Shown here: one piece after another, positions 13,801-25,800 of the stretch
Numbering within the stretch: position 1 is the first letter of the stretch
Layout of the letters: each line of letters starts with the position of its first letter
NCBI GenBank assembly: GCA_977020255.1
Contig: CDROCS010000482.1
Coordinates: 62,001-126,000 of the forward strand
DNA: 64,000 nt
Direction: 5' to 3'
DNA from: Obrimoposthia wandeli
Lineage: Eukaryota
Program-made: the position numbers and the translations under genes
The notes under the pieces: model-generated
What the model saw: only the letters and a program-made list of their open reading frames with translations
What the model was told of the DNA's origin: nothing
Databases searched by the model: none

Positions 13801-16800
13801 TTAAATAGGGTTTTCAATAAAATTTATGATTTTCATGTGCTTGAAAGAAAAAATGAAGAGGAAATAAGAAAGATCAATGTGAAAGGAAAAGGTAGGCTCA
13901 TCTTTGTTATCTCAAGTCTGTCTTTAGAATCCTAGTATGGTGGTCCCCAACGTGAGTTCTATAAAGAAAGGGATTTAGGGGCCTACCTCGTATCAAACAC
14001 GTTTGGGGCTAATTTTAATGCTATGAACGAAGTGTACATTTTGTCAGAAAAATTCTAAAATTATTGTGGTTTTTTGTTGATTAAGCTACCCCATTAAAAT
14101 CCCTTCAAAAATGTCTGGCTAAGCCTAAAATTACCGTTCTGGCAGCTCTCGTCTCTATAATTTCTGCTTTCTTATATTCGGACAATTTTGTCTAAGTTCG
14201 ACTTCTGCTTGAGGCTCAGTTTGGGTTTTGTTGTTGTTGTAGATTTTGGTTATCTGTTCACATATTTGGAACTGGTCATTTTCCATCAATCGTTTTAATG
14301 CGCTATATGCCATTGGATGTGGTATTTACTTTGCAGCGTCTTCTAAGACTTAGAAATGTTGGGTTTTGGAGACGAAACAGTTTTTGGTCCCTCAAGGTTC
14401 TATTTCATTCCATTATTTTTCACTAACTCCTAACCTTAAAATTGTATTTTCGTCATTTTAATTTAATGTAAAAGTTCATTTTGTCTACCTATAAATACCT
14501 CGTTTTTTTGTAATTTCTTTCAATCCAAATTTCCGTGTACTATCTGTATACAAGAACAATAGTAGTTGCTTATGTCCAGTTCCGGTCACCTCCCTTGCGA
14601 AAACCAAAAAAAAAGTCCAAATTTCAAAAACATTCTATAATACCTCTTTTTTCTAAGGTCAATGTGAAAAGTATGAAAATTTTGTTATAGTACACATGAT
14701 TTTTGAGGGTTAAATTCATATATTTATGTCACCTTATACTATAATACGTCCTATTTTAGGTGATTTTGGTCTAAATTTATATGCTTTTGTTTAAACACAT
14801 CAATTTTTATGCGTGCAAATTTATAAACATACTATAACACGTATATTTTTTCAAAATAATTATTAATGAAGGTCACATTTTGTTATAGTACAAATGATTT
14901 TAAGGGTTAAATTCATAAGTAAATCATTATGTGTTATATTACGTCTGTTTTAAAACGATTTAACTCTAAATGTATATGTTTCAGTTTAAATGCATAGATA
15001 TTTATGCGCGCAAATTTAAAAAACATACTATAAAACGACTATTTTCAAAATCATTATTAGTGAAGGTCATTTTTTATTATAGTGCATATGATTTAATAGT
15101 CAAGATTCTATTTGTATTATATTTAATTCATTTTTAAATATGTTTTTTGTTTTACTTCATCAATGTCAGTGAGCGGGATTTCAAAAGTGTGTCAATTTTT
15201 GTAAAAAATCTTTCTTTTTAAAACTTTTTGTTGTAAACATTTTGTTGAAATAACTTTTCATTGTAAACATTTTCGTTATAAACATTTTGTTTTAAATCAT
15301 TTTTGTTATTAAATGTTTTGTAAACAATTTTTGGTTGTAAACGTTTTGTTTTAAATACTTTTTTCTTGTTAAATCTTTGATAAAAAACATTCAGTTTGTA
15401 ACATTTTTGTAAACAACATTTCGTTTGAAACTTAATTTTTTTAAAACATGAGTAAGATGATGTGTGTGTCTTTTGAATCACATGACTACATCCTTCCATA
15501 TTTCACACAAAGTGAGATGTATTCTTATGTTAGAAACATTTCATTAATATCAAAAAGACAAATCAAAATATGTAATAATATAGACATAAATCAACAGATG
15601 AAGAATAAAATAAAAAAAATGATACAAATACGATAAAAAATATACAATACATAATCATTCATTCATAATATACTCATCTGGATGTAGATAATGACCATAT
15701 GCAACTGACCGATTCTTTTCAACCCATTTTCGCTTATCATCCGCACTACACATTGCTATTTTAGATAAATGTATAGTATATAGCTGATGATTAACGGAAG
15801 TTATACGACTTTGTTGAACACGCTCACTTATGCCTGTCTTGTAAACAGCTAAGTAATTCTCGAGTTTTAAATTACTCTGTTTAAGATTAATACCCTTTGC
15901 TCTCATATGTGACTCAGCATTGATAGTTTTTAGATTATAACATTTTGGACGAAGAAATATACATTCCGTATAAGTACAAATACCCTTACTTTCATCCTTA
16001 AACTTTCCTAGCAGTGTTAGCTGTTAAATCAAGAGGGTGATTTTTAGGATACTTAGATGTGTCTAATAATCCATCAGAAACCATTGCTGGTAGCAATTGT
16101 GCTTCTACATCCACATTTCTACATTTCAAGAAGAAACTGTCAGTATCCCCAGAAACAATTCTAATATCACAACTAAATTCCTGACGATATTTCTCAAGTT
16201 GCACGTACTGGAGCTCATACATTCGCAATTTGCTAAGATCTAGTACAGCCTGCCCTATATAACTAGGCCTATCCAAACAAATCATGTCTTTATTCAGTAA
16301 AACAGCTATTAGATCAGAATCTATTTCTATCGTGCGTTGAAATTATGCCTTACTACAATAAATAACAAGTTTTCGAGACGTATTACAAATCCTTAAATTA
16401 ATTCGCTTTTCAAATTCTCAATCAACTTTCCAAATAGAAAATTAACTTTAGCTTATAATAATCTCGTTCAAAATCATTAGTAGCAATAGCCCTTTTTGTT
16501 GAATTGTCTTCTATATACTTTGCAAAAACATTGGTTTGTGCAAACCGAATTGTTCTATGCAAGAATTCTATTTTAGCCCCAAGCCTGAGTTACATCTGAA
16601 GCAAACGAGAATGGACAATGTAATGCTTCTCTGGATAATAAGTTAAAAGTAATTTAGAAGTACGACTTCCAGGCGGGCAATCCTTACGTGGAGCTAAGGA
16701 AAGATCGTCAAGTTTATCATGCAATTCATTCGGAATTCTTATATCTACTTCCATTAAATGAGCATAATCACTACAGCTTAGATCCTTATATGAGAGCTCA

Positions 16801-19800
16801 TGAATTATTACTTCTAATTCCAATCGGTCAGTTACCCTTGTAAAATCTCCAACCGGTAAAAATTGTTACATAGCCCATCCATAGAGATTGTTAACATCAA
16901 TGTACAAAATAGTATCACCCTCAGAGTTAGTAATCTTATGTTCGTTCACAAAGGTCATTCCTCCACGAATACCTTCCTCAAACAGTCGATGCATCTTAGG
17001 ATCTTGAATCAATTCCACACTAGATCCGCCTGGAACCCTTGGTCTTTCTACGGTTGATTCAGTACCCAGTAATGACTTGAAAGCGCTTGCAAATTTTAAA
17101 ATTATTTACAAATTAAATAATGAAAAATAATAATAATATTTAACCTGGAATAGAAAATAAATTTAGAGGTTCCAATCCATCATCGGTGATAGCCTTCTCT
17201 CAAAATGTTGTAAACACATCCGCAAGTAGATATACATCCATTTTGAGATATACCAAGATATTGTCCCAAAGAGATTCACACCCACTCTCGTACCAAACTT
17301 TCTCCGCCAACTCATATTGTTCACTTTTGATCTTTTCATCCCATTTTGATGGAAGGCTTGTTATTGATCGGAGAGCACTCTCTGATACCGCCATATCGTA
17401 TGGAAATATCCCTTTACCATTCACAAGATGAGGTTGAAAAACAGAATGTGTCAATGGAATGGAAACTAAGTTTTCCACGAGTTTATCAAGACTACTATTC
17501 AAAAACTGCAATGAATCGATGAAACGTATACAGACTCCTCCAATACGCACTATCATTGCTTGGAATTTCTCTGTTGATTGAGGTATAACAGATACATTCC
17601 ATTTAGAAATGTTGCTCAGCGCATGTTTGAGAATGTGATGGAGATCATACCCTCTCAGGTTATGAAACACCACTGGGAGAGTACGATTCACTCGTCTAGA
17701 TAAATTGCACTTACTGTGAGCAGCTCCAAGGTCATATGATAATGGTCTTGTACCTTTTGAATGCATGTCTTATTACAGAAGTAACTACTAGTAGCCGATT
17801 CGAAACTAGCTATTTACTTGGGCGTAAGTGCTTGTATAACTTCCGCTGCATGTCTCTTATACCAAGGCAAAACAACTGTCTTTATCAATATTTGCAGCTT
17901 TGAAAAAAAAAATCAACAACACAAGTTTCACCAGTGAAAAGCAAGAAATCTTGAGTGTATCCTGTTGCAGCAATTGGATACATTAACATACCGGCTACAA
18001 TGGGGAGATGAATTTGATGGTGAATGCCATGGGGTGGGAGAACTGCTTGAAAATCTCCGTAAACAACAAATGGTGGAGAAATCGTTTTTGAAAAATCTGT
18101 GAATTGAATATATTTGTCCTCCGGCATCTGGTATAGTGTATTATGTTCCATATTCATCATACAAAGAGGTTTATGCTTCTCAAAACTTATTGCCCGTCTA
18201 AATCCATGAAGACATTTATGACACCATTTACATCGGATTCGTGTAGAACCTTCTTCTTTGTTATAATAGTTTAGAAGCATATTAAGATTTGGAACTGTGA
18301 TGTAGTGATATTGCTTTCCTTCTTCCAACAGAATTAGATTAGCTGGATTGCCTTCGGGATTGGTGGTTCGATACAATATATCAATAAAAGGATTTTTAAA
18401 ATTATCCTGACCCGAAGAAGAAATGATGTCTATGTGATTTTAAGGGAATACATTTATTGAAAAGGATGAATTCTCTATTTCGAAACGAGGGATATCAGCT
18501 AATCTCATAAGCATATCGTTTAAAGAGTATATCAAATCTCCTAAATATAGATAATATTGTGAGACTCTATACCTATACTGAGAGATAATATCGTACTTCA
18601 GAATAGAAAGTATACTATAGATAAAACACAAAACACCTGTATTCTGAACATTCACAACCAAATTGTGAATTTCATTTGGTGTAGCAATATATGCTTTTCC
18701 TTGGATAATTAATTTCCGTGGTCTTAATGATAATAAAATTTATATCCAGGATGTGTTTGAGTTGCCAATTACTGGCATTCTGAGAATACTTCTAAATCTT
18801 AGCATTGAGAGACTCTATACCCCGATCGACGAATTCAGGTGAAAAGAAAGTAGCCTTGTTTGAAATATTCCATTTTTTCACTCCACTCTCATTCTTGAAC
18901 TCCACCTGGAGCCCGAATTGCACCTTACAAGAAGCGAATTCTTCAACTATTACTCTTAAAGAGTCAATAGAGTGCTGCAGCACATCTAATTCAATAGCAT
19001 TATACATGTATGTCCTAAAATAGACATGTTCACCAACTCTCCTTGTTTACATAGTAAATTCATGTTTGTTTTACTGTGTTATTTTTAACAAAGAAATTGA
19101 AATATAAACAATAAATTGATATAAACGTAACAATTTCTATAAACAAAAGAATTATTAGTGTTTAATCGATTACAAAATGACTAATGTAAGTAATTTATTT
19201 TTATATTATTTCATTGATTATAATTTTAGTGCAATATTAACAAAAATCTTTGCTTTAATCAATACCATTTGATTTGCTAAACCAAGATGCAACAATATTT
19301 TGGAACAAAGTTCTATGGACGTATTTTCTATATATGTCCTCAATGTGAAGCGGCTGAAGAAGACTGGGGAGCTTTTGTTTCCAACAATCACAGCTAGGAT
19401 ATTTTGGAGCTAAAGGAAAGAGGAATATAGTTTTCAATCAAAAGGGAATAAAATATGTTAAATCAACCTCCAAACCCGATAAAGTCTCATTGTCATTCAA
19501 TCCTGATCGTATATCTACTCATTTAAACAAAAAGCATATAAATTTAGACCAAAATCACCTAAAAAACAGACGTATTATAGTATAAAGTGACATAAATATG
19601 AATTTAACCCTCAAAAATCATGTGTACTATAACAAAATTTGACCTCTTTTTCACATTGACCTTAGAAAAAAGAGGTATTATAGTATGTTTTAGAAATTTG
19701 GGCATTTTTTTTTGGTTTTCGCTAGGGGGTGGGTTGCTGGAACTGGACATAAGCATCTACTAATAATGTATTACAATATAGTTATATACCGCAAAGGTTG

Positions 19801-22800
19801 ATAGAAATTTGATGATTTTGTCACTCATAATTACTTATTTCTCTACACGGCTACAGTGGAAAGATGGAATCATTCAAGCAAATTTCCTGATGGCAGACTG
19901 TCTGTGTCTCTTCGATTCTTCAGCTACATGAATAGTCGTTCAGAACAGTATGCCATCGTGCTCACTGACAAGACCTTCGGTGGTAAATGTTCGATGATCT
20001 GGAACCGAATTTCTTCTATAAATTGTCGATGGGTGAGTACAAGATCAAAATTTTATCCATCCATCCCTCCATCCCTCCCTCCATCCCTCCCTCCATCCCT
20101 AAATATATTTATCTATCTATCCTTCTCTCCATCTCTCCATATTTTCATCCATCAATCCGTCCGTCAATTCCTCCATCCTGTCGTATATCCCTAAACATAT
20201 TCATCCTATTTTGTGAGATTTAATGTGAGATTTGTGACATTAAGATTGTTTAGAGGAAAGCTGATTTAGAATTAGGATATGAATAGAGAAGGAATTAATT
20301 TATTGTCTATAACATTTGTGATATTCGATGGTTTGGAAGACAAATTAACGAGATGTTCAGGTAATTTGGGATATTTAGGTGATTCTAAAGATAATTCTAA
20401 GCATACGTGGTATTAAAAAAAATTTACAAGGTGTTTAGAAGAAAATTACTTAGTAATTAGAAGATTTTAGACGAGAATTGAACGGGGTTTTTACGGTATT
20501 TCAGAAGAGAAAATATATATTAAAATGGATTTAGAGGAGGATAATTTAACGGGGATGTTGGTTTCAAAAGAAAAAATAGCATAAAAAGAGGTTTAGAGAG
20601 GGCTTTAACGAATGAGTTCATGTGGTTTCAGAAGATAATTTATAGTCTTAAAATGGGTCCAGAGAAGGATTTAACAGTGGTGTCCAAGAGGCTTCAAAAG
20701 AGTAAAATATTGTTTTAAATTATGTTTACAGGAGGTTTTACAGGGTGCTCAAGAGATTTCCGAAGAGAAAATATAACCTGTAAAGGGGATCAAAGAAGGA
20801 TTAAACCTTGGTGTTTAAGATGTTTCAGAAGAGAAAATTAGAGAGTTTTAGAACCGAAATTAAAGCATATATATATATATATATATTAACAATTTAACAA
20901 GAGTTTAGAAGGGAAAATCACAATGAAGACAAATTGATGTTTATAGAGGAGAAATTAATGACGTTCCGGTGCTTCTAGAAGTGAAAAGTATGATATATAT
21001 GTAATTAAGAAGTAACTTCAGGAAACTATTTAGGAGATACAGGGAAAAAATTAACAAGATGTTCAGGAAATTGGGATATGTAAGGTGATTAAGGTTTAAG
21101 AAGTGAAATTTAAGCCTATATGATTAGCTAATTTGTACTATCAGATGTTTTAGAGGATGCGTTATGTATTATTTAGTGATTTTTGTTATATTATAATTGT
21201 GATATTCTGCACATCTTTATCAATAATTCTATCATAAAAATGGAATGCATAATTATATAAATTCGATTCAATAATTTAGCTGTAACTTGATTTGACATAC
21301 TTCTCCTATTAAGTCGGAGTAATTTAGGAAAATATTATCAGTTTAATTGCTTATTATCTAACTTAACAGAAAGAAAATAGCGGGTTTTTGGGTAAAGTTT
21401 TCAATTAGCAAAACCGCTGCTTAGTCGTAACTTCATCACATACAGTCTAGCTGTTGGGGTATTTTTTGAAATATCAGTTAACATTTCCTCATATTTGATA
21501 ATCGATTTATAATTGATGAAATTGATCTAAGACCGTTGAAGTATCAGTTAATATCTATACATATTTTGTCATTATTTGATCATTTTTATATAAATTCATT
21601 CTCTGTTGAAGTCAATAAGTTATATCTAATGTCTGCTAAATAAGGAGTCTCAGAATTTGATGAGTTAGATATTATTGCGAATTATAGGTAAATGGCTAAT
21701 CCGCTCCTAAAGAGATTTTGGTAGGCTTATATCAATATATGACGGAAAGTTATGATATTTAGGTGGTTCTAAAGGTGAAATTAATGACATATATTCAGGA
21801 AATTAATGATATGTTCAAAAGATTTATTATATGTAGGTTGTTCTAGAGAAGAATTTAATGATATGTTCACCCAATTTGATATATTTAGAGGTTTCTAGAA
21901 AATAATATCCTATTGGAAGTTACTTTTAACTCATTGTCCAAAGAAGCATACAGATTACTTCAAATGTAGGCTAAAATAAATTTTATATATAAAAAAATTC
22001 GGTTTGCACAAACCCAATGCAAAGAAAATAATTCAGCAAAAAGGCATACTAAGAATTTTGAACGAGATTATTTTAAGTCATTTCGCTATTTAGATGGTAA
22101 GAAATATTTAGGAGAGTTTAAAGAGGTAAATATCGTGGAGATTAAGAGGTTTAAGAAGAGAAATATAACAAGTATTCGGGTTTAAGGAAAGAATTTGTGA
22201 GAGAATAGCATAGAATCCAAGAAATTATTGATTATTTTATAAAAATATCACGAATATATTTTGTTTATAAAAATCTTTATATATAACTTCACATGTTATT
22301 GAAACTTCTTTGAGACTATCAACAATTATTTGAAACCTTTTAAAATTACATGAGCAAGTGATATTTTGGTTCTATTTATTGTAAGTAGTTTAAATTTCTT
22401 AGAGAGTATATTAAACTGAGTCAATAAATAACTTTAAAACATATCCCTAACTTTCAAAAATATTTTTATACTTCCTTATTGATCCTAAATATAACCATGG
22501 ATGCATATTGAAAGTTATACCGAAATTATTTATATTACCAAATGAAAAGCCAAAATTGTCATATTTAAGCAATTTGTCTATATCCATTCTTTCAAGCAGC
22601 CATTGATTATTAAATCATTAGGTATATATTATAACATATGTTGTATGGGGATACTATATAACCTTTAGAGATTTTATTGATTATCTTCAAAGATAACATA
22701 ACAATGTATGTATTTTTCAAGGGTTAAATATATTCCAATAATATAAAAACAAATGACGGATTAAGATAGTAACATACAAATTTCAACAAATTTTTATGAG

Positions 22801-25800
22801 CTAGATTAAATCCCAATGTAATACACCAATAACACTTATTAGCACTTGGTATCTGGCGAGCAGTGACAATCTTCCACATTGGACTAACTCAAAGGTATTG
22901 ATCGAGCCTGATTCCTTCACATTTGATTGTAACATTATACTTCTCTCCCATCGAACAAGTCTTCATCTTATCACATTTTTCAATCTTCAAAATCAGCTCT
23001 ACAGTATTGTTGGGCTTAATTTAAATAAAAAAAGAAAATATAAAAATTGTAATATAATTTTATTAAATACAAAAATGACCAGGGTGCCAACAATTATGAG
23101 AGTTCTCAAATCAAAATTTTAATATTTTTAAAAACGTTAACATATTGAAGAATAAAAATAACAAAAATAAAATTAAAAGAATAATGACCTGTCGAATTTT
23201 TTGTAGGGGGAGGCCAGTCACGATGTCCAGTAAAATTTTAATTTGTCTATCTACCAAAAACACGGGTTTTTATATCCCCCCAATCTTCATGCCCTGGTCT
23301 TCCTGTCGGGGCTTTTGAATTAATCTAAATGGTGTTTGATCATTTAGATAATTTGCCCATTTAGGTTCCATCGGGTAACCCATTAGTAGGTGTGTCTGCC
23401 TGTTAGTATTGTAAACATTTATGTACTTTCTTATACTATTGGACTTTTTTTACCCAAAGGTGGGATTTTGATGAACCGTACATTTTTCAAATGGAAATAA
23501 TTTATGCTTTAAAATTATGTTTTGTTCATTCATTGCGACTTTTAGATGTTTAGAAATTCTTCTTTAAAGTTTAATTAATTAATGTTTTAATTAACAAAAA
23601 TCACATTTTTTGTGGATCTTTCTTAATAGGAAAGTTGAAAAACTTTCGAACATACATAAATAAAATCGATATTTCATTACTAATTTATGTGTAGTTATGA
23701 TTTTGATCTAAGGTATTTATTTATAATTAAGGTGAATTTTACACAAAATTAATTAATATTTTAAAACTATTATTCTCTATTGTGGGTCATTACATAACAT
23801 TTTAATAAGTATTTTGGTATAAACTTTATTCAAAACTTAAGCAATTGTTATTTATTTGCTTAACATATTTTAAGGATATTAACTTAAATATTTGCTATTT
23901 TTTAATGTTCTTTTAAATTTAACTCTAACAGTATCTTATCTGTAAATTGAATTGTCTAAGATCGAATCCTAGGAAAAGAGGATCAATCCGATTTCGAAGC
24001 AAAAATAAATCATGAACTCCATATCATATGTTAAATATTCTTCAGTTTCCGTTGAAATTTTAACCTTGTTAATGAATTTAAATTCAATTGGGGGAATTCA
24101 ATCTTATATACAACGGAGATTTTACATTCATAAAACAAGAATGCAGCTTCAAGATGAGATAAACAGTTATTGTGACAAAAACAACCAAAATCATGGTATT
24201 TATTTTTAGTAAAATTGTAACATCTATTATTATTGGTTAATTTGAGGCTCATTTTTATATAAATGAAGAGATATTTCCTTATATTGTTAAACATGCAAGC
24301 AATTACCGATGTATACCAGCATACCCATACTTTTCACGGATATGATATGCATTTTCTCAAGAAGCCTATCCATTACAAATTTATATATCTAGTATCGTTG
24401 AAAAATGTCAAATTCGATTACTTAATTTCTGATAATATTAAAACAGATATAGATAGAATCAATCAAATACTTACAAAATCAATTGTGAGTATCATGTGCA
24501 AGAACCGAAATTCATTATCAAAAGAAATGATGCCAATTTCAGAAATATCGTTGGATCAAAACTAGATTTCTGCACAACTGGATCACAATGGAATATCAAT
24601 ATCAAGATACAAGGATACAAGAGTAGGTAGATGTGACACTTCTGAAACAAAGCCCCCTCCTAAGGACAAGTTCAGATCATGACGAGGACAAAAAATGTAG
24701 GTCAAGTTAAGATCAAGATGAGATCGAATCCTAGGAAAAGAGGATCAATCCGATTTCGAAGCAAAAAAAAAAAAAAAAAAAATTCTCCAAGTCGCTCTTG
24801 TTGGATGACTTGTGAGTATATCTTGCCTGTCGTTATACTGTGTTGACTACTTAGTCTCACGTCGAGAAACCTCTCGTAGTTGCCCAAATCTAGATCCACC
24901 TCTCCACCGTCAGCCAGCACAAAACACTCGCCATGTTCGTATGGTGAGAATGTTCCAGCGTCCATATTCAAATACGGATCAATCTTCACCGATGTCACAC
25001 GCTGACCACAACTCTTCAGAAGAGCACCAATGCTACTCGATATGATACCTTTTCCGATACCACTAATTACACCTCCACTGACTCATGAGGTCATGACCTT
25101 AAGAAAATCTAGGTCATGACCCCCTCTGCTGAGGACAAAATGTATTTGTCCTGAAAGACACACACCAAGTAGGGGGATGTGCGTCTTTCAGGACAAAGAC
25201 ATTTTGAGCATACCCCCCCCCTTGAGCACAGGTTAAGGTCACGATGAGGACATGACATCATGAGGACAAGTTAAGGTCACGCTGAGGTCATGACCTCATG
25301 AGGTCAAGGTCATTTGAGCTCATGTTAAGGTCAAATTTCTCCCGAGTACACCTGATTTTTTCAAGGTCACATGAGGTCAAAGTCATGTGATGTAGGTCAA
25401 ATTTCTAAATTTATTTAAACTAAATTATCTACTTATAAAAATAAGTATTATGTAATTTGATAAATATGTTTAAATTAAATTCAATTAAACTATCTACTTA
25501 TAAAATAAAGTATTATATAATTTGATAAATATGTTTAAACGTTCGTGTCTCTATCTAACAAAGACAGTTATGTACTGCATTTATATTGCAAAAACTTGCA
25601 TCTTTATGTAATTTATTCTTATACATGTATGTATGTGTGTGAGTGTCTAACAAAGACAGTCATCAATACTTACAAAGACAGTCACGTACTGCATCTATAT
25701 TGCAAATACTTGCATCTTTATGTAATCAATAGTACCAAGTCACGTACTACCTTTATTCTTATACATGTGTATGAGTGTCTAACAAAGACAGTCATCAATA

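Noticed and set aside
21300-21720. Possible minor capsid (penton) remnant (ISLGADYAIYL)
   Set aside because: Similarity too short, and a related ISLGA string also occurs in the repeat block near 32170.
24263-24565. HGYDMHF resembling pPolB ExoII
   Set aside because: A single short motif with no supporting flanking motifs.
2436-24622. Ends of A and B as TIRs of one giant element
   Set aside because: They face the wrong way and both are followed by the same genes, so they are the same end of two copies.
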